Assembly: GCA_048938105.1 (NCBI GenBank) | Contig: JBHLMN010000002.1 | Location: 128,001-192,000, forward strand | From: Promethearchaeota archaeon | GTDB taxonomy: Archaea; Asgardarchaeota; Heimdallarchaeia; Hodarchaeales; Hodarchaeaceae | Direction: 5' to 3' | Length of the DNA: 64,000 nt | Part shown: positions 9,533 through 20,191 of the stretch, piece after piece | Layout of the letters: each line of letters opens with the position of its first letter | Position numbering within the stretch: position 1 is the stretch's first letter | The notes under the pieces: generated by a model | What the model saw: only the letters and a program-made list of their open reading frames with translations | Told to the model about the DNA's origin: nothing | Databases searched by the model: none | Made by a program: the position numbers and the translations under genes

Positions 9533-10414
9533 TCAAAGCCAGCTAAGTACCGTTGCAACATTCTTGAGAGATGACTCTTCTAATTGAAGAATCTGAAGAC
9601 CTTTTCCAACTTCAACCATGAAATCTTTAGTACCTGCTCCTATCCATGGTCCAGAGTTCATAAATTTTAGAGATACTTCATGTCGTTGTTCTAGAGTTTC
9701 TGCTCCTCTGATTATATCGTCACCATGAATTGTAATTTGATTTAAACCTTCTATTCCTGATGTTTCTAGGGAAATTTTTATTTTAAGGTGAGTGAGAGCA
9801 AAAGACGGTTGTGTTTCGTCTCGGGTTTTAGTTAATGATCGGATTACTCTAGCACGAATAGGTTTTTGATTTACTTTATCTGGTTCATTGGTAACAAACG
9901 GTAATATTTCGTTTTTTAAAACCTCTATTGCTAAGTTCTGTGGTTCAATGAGAATTGTTTTCGCATGAGGTAAATAGATGAACCGAAATACTCTTCTGAG
10001 TGTTGCTGATCGGGAAGAAAACTCGACTAGGATTAAAATGGCATGTTCACTAAAATCTTTGATTGAATAAATGCCTTTAACCTTGGTATAATTTTCTGGT
10101 AGATATTTATCAACATCAAAGTTTCTTTTATGTTTATAAAGATTAGACAAAGGTTTGGGTTTAGAGATTTGAAAGACTTTCCACCAGACATTCGAGACAT
10201 CGAGTACCTCTGAAAGTTTTCTTAGTTGTTTAAGCTTAGAATCCTTCATATTTTTGACAAGTTTTATGGTTGTATCTCGATTCTCGCTAGAAAGGAGTCC
10301 ATTTGGCTTTAACTCGACTGTAGTATGTTCCCACTTATCTATCAATCGTTTAAAGTAGTTTGTAGGAAGATGTGTTAAATACGCATAATCGGCCTCAGTG
10401 ACCACAAAACCCAC
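9533..10414 (-). CDS. Hypothetical protein in apparent Rab-subtilase operon
   Basis: 293-aa ORF, GGAG immediately upstream of the GTG, short gaps to both neighbours. Confidence 0.65.
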   Translation of the reverse strand: MGFVVTEADYAYLTHLPTNYFKRLIDKWEHTTVELKPNGLLSSENRDTTIKLVKNMKDSKLKQLRKLSEVLDVSNVWWKVFQISKPKPLSNLYKHKRNFDVDKYLPENYTKVKGIYSIKDFSEHAILILVEFSSRSATLRRVFRFIYLPHAKTILIEPQNLAIEVLKNEILPFVTNEPDKVNQKPIRARVIRSLTKTRDETQPSFALTHLKIKISLETSGIEGLNQITIHGDDIIRGAETLEQRHEVSLKFMNSGPWIGAGTKDFMVEVGKGLQILQLEESSLKNVATVLSWL

Positions 10415-10449
10415 TCCTATTGTTTAATTTCATTAAACAAAACCTACTT

Positions 10450-10992
10450 TTATATTTCATCGAAAAAACTTTGGGCTAGGGTCTTAAAAGCCTCATCGAC
10501 TTGAATATTTTCTTTAGCTGAGGCTGAAATATGTTCTTTTGCGTTTATTTCTTTTGCGAGTTGGATCCCTTCCTCTTCCTCTATCATTCGATAATCTTCG
10601 AGATCAGATTTGTTACCAACTAAAATTGTTTGGATTGCGGATTTCGTCTTGTCTGATTGGCCACAAAATTCCATTAATTCTTTATACCAAGGATCTTTTA
10701 TATTCTCCAATGTTTCAGCGCGAGTGACATCGTAAACAAACATTGCTAAATGGGCACCCTTGAAGAACATATGTCGAATGGCGGCAAATCGTGCTTGGCC
10801 ACCAATATCATTGATTGATAGGGTTACTGTTCGACCATCATCCAATTGAATTTGTTTTGAAGAGATGTCTAGCCCAACTGTCAGTTGGTAGGAATGTCGA
10901 AAGCGTGCGTGAACGAACTGCGAAATTAATGAAGTCTTACCTACTCCTGGATCACCAAGAAGCACTAATTTAAGCACTAATTTTTGTTTCAT
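10450..10992 (-). CDS. Rab-like small GTPase
   Basis: GDPGVGKT, TVGLD, DIGGQ, NKSD and SAK; no C-terminal Cys prenylation motif. Confidence 0.92.
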   Translation of the reverse strand: MKQKLVLKLVLLGDPGVGKTSLISQFVHARFRHSYQLTVGLDISSKQIQLDDGRTVTLSINDIGGQARFAAIRHMFFKGAHLAMFVYDVTRAETLENIKDPWYKELMEFCGQSDKTKSAIQTILVGNKSDLEDYRMIEEEEGIQLAKEINAKEHISASAKENIQVDEAFKTLAQSFFDEI

Positions 10993-11223
10993 ACGAATTT
11001 CAATCCCTGAACCTGCTTTGTAACTGGATATTTCTATCTCATCCGTTTTTACTATTATTTCTTTATTATGAATAAATAATGCGTGTTGATTTTTTTTACT
11101 TTCGAAATTCCAATCTTTTTTCTGTAACTAAAGTGGATGTTGTTCAATTGGTCGATCAACATTTTGAGTATTGTCATTTTATTTCTATGATAGTGACTCC
11201 TTCTGTATTCAGCAGTCTATATT

Positions 11224-11982
11224 TCAATCAAATTTTGTTTTCAAGTGTCTTAAATGCCGTGTTTGCCAAACCTTATTAACGAAAGGTGGCGAAAAAGCAA
11301 ATCGGAAAACCAGTGACATCCATCTGAAGGTGTCAATTAATGGACGAATTCTTGATTTCCGTCGGGTTTCAGGATACAAAGTCATTATAGGAATACCAAT
11401 AATTTTTACATTTAATAACCAGGCAACTAGTAAAATTTCTGTTTCTAAATCGAATTTATTCCTTTTAAGGCCATATTGAAGTATATGATGCAACGTTTTA
11501 GTCTGATAACACCTAAAACCGCACTGTAAGTCAAGTAGATTCCAATCTAACCAATAATTAGACCAGTTTGATGTTAATTTGTTTGAAATCCAATTTATTG
11601 CAGGCATTTGATTGTAATCACGCATTCCTATAATGATTTCAGCTTCTGAGTATTTCTCAATAGTTTGGAAAAACCGAGGGATATCTCGAGCATCATGTTG
11701 TCCATCAGCATCCAAAGTTATTATCCATTTTACATTAGGGAATCTTTGAACGATAATAGCAAAAGAACTTCGTAAAATGTGTCCTTTTCCTTTATTATTA
11801 CTGTTTCTGATAATTCTGATGCCTAATTCGTGTGCTATCTTAGAAGTTTTATCTGTAGATCCGTCATCAGCAAGAATTATTTCATCACGGGAGAAAAATT
11901 CATCAAGCTGTTGAATTACTCCAGGTAAAGTATCTTCTTCGTTAAACGCTGGTAAAATAACCAGGAAGTCACCTTTTTTCAA
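11224..11982 (-). CDS. GT2 glycosyltransferase, polyprenol-phosphate mannosyltransferase (DPM1)-like
   Basis: PAFNEE, DDGSTD, NKGKG, DADGQH and DLQCGFR motifs. Confidence 0.88.
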   Translation of the reverse strand: MKKGDFLVILPAFNEEDTLPGVIQQLDEFFSRDEIILADDGSTDKTSKIAHELGIRIIRNSNNKGKGHILRSSFAIIVQRFPNVKWIITLDADGQHDARDIPRFFQTIEKYSEAEIIIGMRDYNQMPAINWISNKLTSNWSNYWLDWNLLDLQCGFRCYQTKTLHHILQYGLKRNKFDLETEILLVAWLLNVKIIGIPIMTLYPETRRKSRIRPLIDTFRWMSLVFRFAFSPPFVNKVWQTRHLRHLKTKFD

Positions 11983-12444
11983 AATTAGACTCTCAATAAA
12001 TTAAAATTTAGCTTTGGAATTATTTTTCATTCTTTTTACATATATATTATCATAAAAAATCGATAGAAATACGTAATTCTAGTTATTAAAACAAAGCTAA
12101 AATTCCAAATATCTTCAATCGTGCCTTATGTTGTATATATCATACTAATCAGCTGAAAAAGATCGTAATTAAACTTTTTTATTACGTAAAACCACGGTAA
12201 TATCATTAAAAAGAGAATCATAATGAAAATAACTCAAATTTCACAGTTTCAATCATCAAAGAAAATTGAAATGAATGAATTATTTTCATCATTCGTAATA
12301 ATTTTCAGAATAATTAAAAAGTTCAAAAAATTTCGAATAAATGGGTTTCGTTACAAAATTTCTTTGTGGATATTTTTGTTTTCATTGAAATTGGTTACCA
12401 CACCATCCTATTAAAATCTAATCAACTTTTAAGTTGAAATATAT

Positions 12445-13221
12445 GTGAATATCAACGAAAAGTCAAGTTATTCAGATGATAAAGGTAGAATTCGCATGCG
12501 TGCTGAAAAATCAGTTTCTAAACTTGTTCGAGAGATTCTTGAACAAGATCCGTCTCTTGTTCATGAACTTCAACAGCGAAAAACCGCTCAACGAGAAATT
12601 GCGAAAAAAATAAAATCTCAACTAATGGATGATGGAAATTTCACTTCTAAGGATCCTGTGAAATTAGAGGGAAATGTTGCAGTTGCGATTACTCGTTATC
12701 TTAAAAAATTACGCACACAGCAAGAAGAAATGTTAGGTGTAAAGCTAGTTCAAAATATTCTAAAAAAAGGTACTACAGAAGTCATGGATGGATTAAAACA
12801 CTACAAGATAAATTTTCGTGAGGATACAGATATCCATAAGATTATGGATTTAATTATCAAACAAATAGAACGTGAAGATATTTTTTCAGTGTATCTAAAC
12901 CGTCAATGCATCGAATTATATGTTAAAAAGATGACTGAGCAGGCTTTTCTAAACGAAATATCAGAGTTCAAAGTTGTCGATACTCTTAAGCTTCAAGATT
13001 CTCTTAGTCTACTTAAACTAATGCTGCCTAACCAAGCTCAAGAAATTCCTGGTATTTTAGCACATGTTTCTTCCTTACTTGCAGATCAAGCTATATCATT
13101 ATACGATACAATGGTTCAACATACTGATCATTTGAGCATTATTTTTGTGATAAACGAGCAACACGCTTCAAAAGCAAGAGATATTCTTTTAAAATTAAAT
13201 AATGAAAATATGAGGGCATGA
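12445..13221 (+). CDS. ACT domain-containing protein
   Basis: C-terminal IPGILAHVSSLLADQAISL...IIFVINE ACT pattern. Confidence 0.7.
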   Translation: MNINEKSSYSDDKGRIRMRAEKSVSKLVREILEQDPSLVHELQQRKTAQREIAKKIKSQLMDDGNFTSKDPVKLEGNVAVAITRYLKKLRTQQEEMLGVKLVQNILKKGTTEVMDGLKHYKINFREDTDIHKIMDLIIKQIEREDIFSVYLNRQCIELYVKKMTEQAFLNEISEFKVVDTLKLQDSLSLLKLMLPNQAQEIPGILAHVSSLLADQAISLYDTMVQHTDHLSIIFVINEQHASKARDILLKLNNENMRA

Positions 13222-13237
13222 GGAGGGAAATAAGGGA

Positions 13238-13888
13238 TTGCCATCAAAGAAGATAGTAATACTTGGTGCTCCTGGTTCAGGGAAAGGAACACAAGCAAAA
13301 TTCATAATGGAAAACCTTAACATACCTCAAATTAGTACTGGTGATCTCTTACGAGCTGCAATTAAGAATCGGTCAGACCTAGGTTTGAAGGCAGAAAAAT
13401 TCATGAATAAAGGAAAATTGGTCCCTGATACTATAGTATTAGAACTTCTTAAGGAAAGACTTGATCAAAATGATTGCAAACAAGGATTTATTTTAGATGG
13501 ATATCCTCGTAATTTGACTCAAGCCCAAGATCTCAAAAAAATTACTGATATTGATTTGGTCATTAATTTAGATGTAAACTATAACTTGTTAATCGAACGA
13601 ATTACGGGTCGCCGAACCTGTAAACAATGTGAAGCAATTTATCATATAAAATACAACCCCTCAAAAGAGAACGGAATATGTGACAAATGCTCAGGGGAAT
13701 TATACCAAAGAGAGGATGACACTGAGGAGATTGTGAAACAGAGGATTAATACTTATGAAATTGAGACTAGACCTCTTATTGAGTTTTACAAACAACAAAA
13801 GATTCTAGATACCCTATTAAGTGATGGATCTATAACTGAGATGAAGCAGAAGATTTCAAAGCTTTTAGCAACAAAATTTCATCTCTAG
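13238..13888 (+). CDS. adk: Adenylate kinase (bacterial/long-LID type)
   Basis: GAPGSGKGTQ, ISTGDLLR, GFILDGYPR, Zn LID CxxC..CxxC, REDD. Confidence 0.95.
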   Translation: MPSKKIVILGAPGSGKGTQAKFIMENLNIPQISTGDLLRAAIKNRSDLGLKAEKFMNKGKLVPDTIVLELLKERLDQNDCKQGFILDGYPRNLTQAQDLKKITDIDLVINLDVNYNLLIERITGRRTCKQCEAIYHIKYNPSKENGICDKCSGELYQREDDTEEIVKQRINTYEIETRPLIEFYKQQKILDTLLSDGSITEMKQKISKLLATKFHL

Positions 13889-13996
13889 CATTCTTTGTTA
13901 AAGAGTATTCAATTGTATAGGGTTAATTTTTGATTTATTTTATAAGTTCTAAATAAAAATCAACTATTGGCTTAAAAATACTAATAGAATTTTGTT

Positions 13997-15910
13997 TTAG
14001 AAAAGCTGATCAATTTGAGTAACAAGTTTGACCATCACTGAAACGTTAACTTCTCTAGGGTCACCATTCACCAAAAATATGATCTTTTCGCCCCTATCAG
14101 GATTTGATTGAAGTAGGAAGGAGCAGATCTCGGCATCTGCGGGGTTTTCGGCAAAAAAGATTAATTTTCGACTTTTACGTATCAATCCTTTAGTAGCAAT
14201 AATGTCTGGTTCTGAACCTCTTTCTGTAAGATTTGTAAAATTTAGTTCAACCGCCCAACCTGCTCTTTGTAAACGTCCAACAACTTCTGTACGAACATTT
14301 TCATCCTGAAAGGTTACTGGAGGTGTAAAATCAATTTCTTGATGAAAATTCTCAATTGGTTGAGTTATTGGTTCTTCAAAGGCCGTATATTCAACTTCTG
14401 TAGGTTCATGTGGCGGTATTGATGTAATAGAAGAAGTTAAAGTTGTAGACTCTTGAGGTAACTGATGTGCTCTAAATAACCTCTCTAAAGCCATTGCCTT
14501 TTCTTGGTCATGTTCATATGTAGGTTTGGGAGTAATTATACTCTCTGAATCTTGAGGTAATTCAACTGATTTAGTTTCTTGTGTTTCAGTATAAAGTGGT
14601 TCTTGTCTAATCAATAGCGGAGGGGTTTCCTCTGAAGAGTCAAATAACTCTTGAAGCACTTCTATGGAAGGGGATTTTAATTCAGTTACTGCTGATGATT
14701 CAGGAGCTGAAATTTCTAACTTAGGTATTTGCAAGCTAACTACATCTTCCTGTTTTATAGGGGATTCTTGAGAGGGTATTTTTACTTCTGGTAATAATTC
14801 TTCAATAGGAAGATCAAGAGCTTTGCGAGAAAAACGTAGATCAGCTTGTATTAATCCTCTTTTACGAGATATTTCAAGGAGTTCTCTAATTTCTAGGATT
14901 TTTTTGCTTAGTTCAAGTTTTAATTCCCCCATTTGTTGCTTTGAAACTTGATTTATGTAATATTCGGCTTCAGAGTAATGTTCTCCTTCTAATGCGTGGA
15001 TTGTCAGGAGAAGAATGGATTTAATGATGTATTCTTCAGTATTAGTATCAATTTTGAATTGAATTATCTTTTTAAGCGACTTATTTCGCTGCCAAATTTT
15101 TCCCAGTCTTTCTAAAATCATGGCTTTTTCATATTGTGCTTTGATTATCCAAAAAGAATTTTCAGTAAAGGTATATTTTTCAATACAGAGATCTAGACAT
15201 GCAATTGCTTTCTCTAGATAACTTCTTTGGAGATAGTTCACTGCAATTTCATAAGATACCAATGCTTGAAAACGAGCAATTTCCATTTGAGTATTGGTGT
15301 CCTTGATAATACCTGCTTTATCAAAAGCTGTTTGTAAAATATCCAGAGTAAATTCTTTCATTTCTTCTTGATAGTAAAGATAAGCTGAATTTCTATAAAG
15401 ATTAATAGCAACATGAGCCTCGTCTTCTAAATCCGCAGCAATCCTAAATAATTTTGCAGAAGAGATATTATTTCCAATTTTACTGTAAGAAAATGCTAAA
15501 TTACGAGCCACTATTGAAATAGCTTCTAAATTAACCTCCGCTACCTTACTTCTAGCCATTGTAAGAGCGTTCTTTAAAATAATGATAGAACACTCAAATA
15601 ATTTAATTTTCTGAAATTCAATCCCTAATCCTAGCAAAACAGAAGAATAGGCCAATGGGTTTACTGGTGTCATAGGGAAAAATTCAGTTGCAGTATTGAT
15701 GTGTTCAAGCGCTGCTTCTGGATGTCCTTTCTTACCGAGAGCTAAAGCCAAATAGGAGTAAGAAATTCCGATAATGCTATTAAGTGAAAGCTTATGTGCA
15801 ATTTGAGCAGCTCGTTCGAAAGAGTGTACCGTAAGATCGAGGTTGTTTTCTAATAGAGCTTGTCTACCTTGTTTTATTATTCGATTAAGTTCTTCTCTAA
15901 GCTCAGTCAT
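13997..15910 (-). CDS. TPR-repeat protein with acidic linker and C-terminal restriction-endonuclease-like domain
   Basis: N-terminal TPR-like repeats; P/E/S/T-rich linker; EVVGRLQRAGWAV..EPDIIATK resembles a Mrr/PD-(D/E)xK fold. Confidence 0.6.
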   Translation of the reverse strand: MTELREELNRIIKQGRQALLENNLDLTVHSFERAAQIAHKLSLNSIIGISYSYLALALGKKGHPEAALEHINTATEFFPMTPVNPLAYSSVLLGLGIEFQKIKLFECSIIILKNALTMARSKVAEVNLEAISIVARNLAFSYSKIGNNISSAKLFRIAADLEDEAHVAINLYRNSAYLYYQEEMKEFTLDILQTAFDKAGIIKDTNTQMEIARFQALVSYEIAVNYLQRSYLEKAIACLDLCIEKYTFTENSFWIIKAQYEKAMILERLGKIWQRNKSLKKIIQFKIDTNTEEYIIKSILLLTIHALEGEHYSEAEYYINQVSKQQMGELKLELSKKILEIRELLEISRKRGLIQADLRFSRKALDLPIEELLPEVKIPSQESPIKQEDVVSLQIPKLEISAPESSAVTELKSPSIEVLQELFDSSEETPPLLIRQEPLYTETQETKSVELPQDSESIITPKPTYEHDQEKAMALERLFRAHQLPQESTTLTSSITSIPPHEPTEVEYTAFEEPITQPIENFHQEIDFTPPVTFQDENVRTEVVGRLQRAGWAVELNFTNLTERGSEPDIIATKGLIRKSRKLIFFAENPADAEICSFLLQSNPDRGEKIIFLVNGDPREVNVSVMVKLVTQIDQLF

Positions 15911-16048
15911 ATTATTCTATCCAAATTTATGATAGTGTTCCTAAACTTAAGTTTAACTCATCTTTGATTGATAAAAGCAAACTTAAAAAAATAAAGACAA
16001 ACTCCTCCATTTAGACCAATCTTAGGAGTTTTACGGCTGAATCCTCCT

Positions 16049-18982
16049 GTGAGAAGAAAATTTTCCAGTGATTCGAGAGAAAGTCCGAGACATCAGAGTA
16101 CGGTGAAACCAATGAGAATTTTTCACTATATAATTGCATTAAATTTCATAATGCTGCTTGTTATGAATATCTATGCTGTTTTTATAATAACCAACATTTC
16201 TTTATCAAATGAAATCTCAGATCAATTGCCTCTGAATAGAGACAAAATGAGCAGTATGGCGTCATATCATACTCCTCAACCGAAAATTGATTCTGAAGTC
16301 ATCTCAGGGAAGACCACTCTTTCAACAGATAAAGAAAGTTATGCTCCTGGTGAATGGGCAACAATAACCGCTGAAAGCACCACTGATGAAATGAATGGGT
16401 CACTTGAATGGCAATTGGAATCTCCTATTGGTGAGGTTGCTTTTGATTTCTACAGTATTTTCCAAGATATCTTTGAAGATCGCTTTTTCAATGACCCAGC
16501 TATTCCAGATTGGACAAATGAAGGTTTCTATTCTATTGAGGCAACTTCAGGTTATTTGAATTTAACTGAGGTTGCTGATACTGATAAAAATGATACTGAA
16601 GTCTTTTACAATACTACAGAGCTGAACCCTGATAGATATGTGATTTCTTTCGATTATTTTTCTCAAGGTCAAAATCTACTTCTAAATCCTAGTTTTGAAG
16701 GGGGAATTACTCCTGATTGGTTTTTCAACAGTTCATACGTCCAATCTGTTGATGATCCCAAAAATGCCTCAGAAGGAAGTTACTATTTAGATGTCAATGG
16801 CACTGAAGGTTATTTATTAGAACAAAATGTAAGTATTATAGGTGGAAACATAAAACGTAAGTTTATAGTCTCTGTAAAAGCTACTGGAACTACAAACGAC
16901 AACCATTGGCGACTGGAGCTTCAAGCTTATAATTCAACAGGTTATCAGCTTGGAAGTGATAAAATATCAGATTACTCTCTGGATGCCAGCTCCGATGAAA
17001 AAGGATATGTCACTACAGCTATGATTTGGGAAATACCTGAAAATACCACGAAACTACGTTTTAGATTCCGAGGTCGAGATTCCGGGGTTGATGACCTGTA
17101 TACTGGTTGGGTGGATGATTGTTATCTTTATGAAGTCCCACCAATACTTAAATTTTCTTATTATGGTGCAGATAACACATGGAAGGAAAGATCACTTGAT
17201 GCTGAAACGTATGAATGGCAAAATGCTAGTTATGAGGTAGAGATGGGAAAAAACCTTTCTAAAACCTTTAGATTCAAACTACCAGATGATAACACTTTCA
17301 AAAATAACGCAACTTCATTTTGGTTAATAGATAATTTCGCAGTTAATCTGGTTGCAGATCCGAAACATGACCCAATAACAAATTCAGAGGCAAAATTTGG
17401 TGGGAAAATCAATTCTACTTGGTTTCATAGAGGTGTTCGGGAAGAACTAACTAGTTCTTATAATGTTGAAGTTGAAGATCCTGAAAATGCTACTAGCCCA
17501 TCTGAATGTAAAGCCACAATAAAAGTTCTGCTACCAATCCATCAGGTATATTTTGGATCATGGATATTTGTATTTAAAATCCACCAAGTGGATGTGGAAG
17601 CGGAATACCTTGATACTAAGGCGATTAACATCTCCTTTATAATTGAAGAACCAATGAATTATGTTGTACAAGATATTTATCTTCTTCGTGGATACACTAA
17701 CAAGACAATAGGTAATGATTCTGTCTTTACTGAATATTTCGAACAAGAAACCAATATTCAAGCAATTTCACCTGGAGACAATGTAACACTTTTAGGATTT
17801 CTTGAAGCCAATTCGACTAAAGGCGAATGGTATAGTTTGAATTATTTACAAATTGGTTCTTCTAACGTAGAATACAATTGGTATAGTAATTGGCAATCTC
17901 GAGAAAACATCACATGGGGGTCATTTGGATTTATTCCCTTTGACAAGAATGGAAAAACGATTTTAGATGGTAATTTCTCTTCTCCTTATGACAACCACAG
18001 TACCATGGCTCTAAATTTTAAAATCCCCAACCGAGGAATCTATGGGAATTTATCAGCTAATCTTACCATTACTCTTATTGGAGACAATATAAAACCCGAT
18101 GGTGTGGGTGGAGAGCCATTGAGCCTGACAATCCAGTTAAATCTGCCTCCTGTTAAGTTTAAAATAGACATTGTTGAGGAAAATTTACCAGCAACAAGTT
18201 ACTATCTAACAGATTATTTGGGTGGAAATATTACTCTAAAATTCTTAAATTATAACGATACTTTAGAAACAGTTTTTTCAAATCGCACAATCTCATCAAA
18301 TATTTCTATTCCAGTGAAAGATTTAGAACTGACTATCTTTTTAGATAATTGGGATAAAACACCCGACAAAAAAGAAATTTCACAGCGCTTTCATTACCAT
18401 TTTATTGGAAAAACAGTAATATGGTTAGATCCTGTGAACCCCAGCCTTCTTGCTGGAACATATGCTTTTAGAATTCGATGGAACACTCCGTATAAATTTG
18501 GAGTACAGGATCAAGAGGAATTAGATATATCTCATTTAATAGAGATTAAGGGTTCTCTTGTAGTCATTCTATCAAAAGAATTCCCTGAAATTCAACAAGG
18601 AGGACAAAAAACAATCAATTTTTCAGTTCGCCTTGACAACGAGACAGGTAAAAGAATTGGTGGATTAGATCTACTAGGTATTGTACTTAATAATCAAACC
18701 AATGGGAATCTAGTTATCTATGAAGAAGAAGGCGTATACAAGATAGATTTGGATGTCGCTCTTGAAGTCCAGCCAAACAACTACACAATTGAAATCTTCG
18801 TTGTTGGACGAGTTGATGCAATAGGTGAATTAACTTATCGGGTCACAGAACGCCCAGAGGCCCCAAGAGAAGAGGAAACACCTTTAGATGTAGTTATTAG
18901 CGTTGGTGGATTTCTCATATTCATTCTTGTAAGCATTGGGGTCATTGGCGCGATGTATTGGGCAAATAAATCTTGGAAATAG
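16049..18982 (+). CDS. Large cell-surface glycoprotein with CBM-like domains and C-terminal TM anchor
   Basis: N-terminal hydrophobic segment (probable start ATG 16112), NLLLNPSFEGG CBM4/9-like start, many N-x-S/T sequons, C-terminal TM helix. Confidence 0.7.
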   Translation: MRRKFSSDSRESPRHQSTVKPMRIFHYIIALNFIMLLVMNIYAVFIITNISLSNEISDQLPLNRDKMSSMASYHTPQPKIDSEVISGKTTLSTDKESYAPGEWATITAESTTDEMNGSLEWQLESPIGEVAFDFYSIFQDIFEDRFFNDPAIPDWTNEGFYSIEATSGYLNLTEVADTDKNDTEVFYNTTELNPDRYVISFDYFSQGQNLLLNPSFEGGITPDWFFNSSYVQSVDDPKNASEGSYYLDVNGTEGYLLEQNVSIIGGNIKRKFIVSVKATGTTNDNHWRLELQAYNSTGYQLGSDKISDYSLDASSDEKGYVTTAMIWEIPENTTKLRFRFRGRDSGVDDLYTGWVDDCYLYEVPPILKFSYYGADNTWKERSLDAETYEWQNASYEVEMGKNLSKTFRFKLPDDNTFKNNATSFWLIDNFAVNLVADPKHDPITNSEAKFGGKINSTWFHRGVREELTSSYNVEVEDPENATSPSECKATIKVLLPIHQVYFGSWIFVFKIHQVDVEAEYLDTKAINISFIIEEPMNYVVQDIYLLRGYTNKTIGNDSVFTEYFEQETNIQAISPGDNVTLLGFLEANSTKGEWYSLNYLQIGSSNVEYNWYSNWQSRENITWGSFGFIPFDKNGKTILDGNFSSPYDNHSTMALNFKIPNRGIYGNLSANLTITLIGDNIKPDGVGGEPLSLTIQLNLPPVKFKIDIVEENLPATSYYLTDYLGGNITLKFLNYNDTLETVFSNRTISSNISIPVKDLELTIFLDNWDKTPDKKEISQRFHYHFIGKTVIWLDPVNPSLLAGTYAFRIRWNTPYKFGVQDQEELDISHLIEIKGSLVVILSKEFPEIQQGGQKTINFSVRLDNETGKRIGGLDLLGIVLNNQTNGNLVIYEEEGVYKIDLDVALEVQPNNYTIEIFVVGRVDAIGELTYRVTERPEAPREEETPLDVVISVGGFLIFILVSIGVIGAMYWANKSWK

Positions 18983-19043
18983 TTCTAATTTCTTCAATTC
19001 CTCGATTTCCTCTTGAAACGGATAAGAAGATAATTAAATTGAA

Positions 19044-20081
19044 TTAGGTAATCTCTGTATAAAGATTTGCCAGCTTTTTCACGGATGTGTTGATATCATG
19101 GTTTATCAAAACCTCTTCACCATTTGATTGTAAAGATTTCACCAGATTTTTATCCGACGCCAAGCGATAGATTTGTTTTGAGAAATCCCCCACTGATTTC
19201 CCTTTTAGACAATTCACATCAGATGTTAACCAGTTAAATACTGGATGATCACGAACAACAGGCACCTTACCATAAGCAATGCTTTCAAGAAGAGCAATTC
19301 CTTGGTTTTCTTCTCTACTGACATAAAGAAATACATCAGCCGCGTTCCAAAGTGCTTCTAGTGTCATTCGTGAGACATAACCAGTAAAACGGATATTTGC
19401 AGTTTTTCTCGCGAGTCTTAACTTTTCACGTAGGAAAGATGAATGAGCTATTGTTCCAAGGGCCAAATATTTTCCTATCCAGAAGAATTGATGTTCTGGA
19501 CATGAAATAGCTACATTAGTAAATATATCAGGTGCTTTACGATAAATACATATCCCAACTGTGATAACTAGAAACTGTTCTTCAGAAATCCCAAGTATTT
19601 CACGTGTTTTTCTTCTTAAGGTTGGATTCTTACGATTTTTCGTGAGATCAATCCCATTAGAAATCACTCGAATTCGTGAGGGATTGTAACCATATCGAAG
19701 AAGAATATCACGATTGTAATCGCTTACTGCAACAAGATAATCAGCATAGGAATAAAATTTTGTTAAATATGGAATCAGAGCAAAGTCAATTCGATTTGAA
19801 AAAATAAAACTATTACGGAAATCCTCGATAGTAGTGTGGCCAGTCATTACAATCTGGTATTTTTTTTCCTTTCGTTTGAGAATTTTAGCTTTCCACAAGG
19901 ATTGCGGAAGGGAAGTTTGAAAATGGTAGATATCATATGGGTGGTTTTTTCCATTCAAATCAGTGTTTATCCCATGTTCTGTTAATTTATTAGCCAACCT
20001 GGTCGCTGAACTATATACACCACTACCAATTAGACTTCTCTCTAAGTCAAGAATGAAATTAACTTTCATGAGAAACAACAC
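19044..20081 (-). CDS. GT4 glycosyltransferase, diglycosyl-lipid synthase (CpoA/DGS)-like
   Basis: SGV, GHTTIEDFRNSFIFSN, ISNGID and EENQGIALLE motifs. Confidence 0.8.
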   Translation of the reverse strand: MLFLMKVNFILDLERSLIGSGVYSSATRLANKLTEHGINTDLNGKNHPYDIYHFQTSLPQSLWKAKILKRKEKKYQIVMTGHTTIEDFRNSFIFSNRIDFALIPYLTKFYSYADYLVAVSDYNRDILLRYGYNPSRIRVISNGIDLTKNRKNPTLRRKTREILGISEEQFLVITVGICIYRKAPDIFTNVAISCPEHQFFWIGKYLALGTIAHSSFLREKLRLARKTANIRFTGYVSRMTLEALWNAADVFLYVSREENQGIALLESIAYGKVPVVRDHPVFNWLTSDVNCLKGKSVGDFSKQIYRLASDKNLVKSLQSNGEEVLINHDINTSVKKLANLYTEIT

Positions 20082-20191
20082 TTACTTCCAAAAGTCAGTA
20101 TCAAGGCAATTGGAAAAACTTTTTTCTTTTTTGACTTCTTTCTATTAATTGCAATAGAAGCCTTTTTCGGTTAGTTGGCTTTTACTGAGTC

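Noticed and set aside
11983-12444. AT-rich intergenic region as replication origin, or the 63-aa ORF within it
   Set aside because: No ORB-like repeats or adjacent cdc6/orc1; the ORF has no recognisable features
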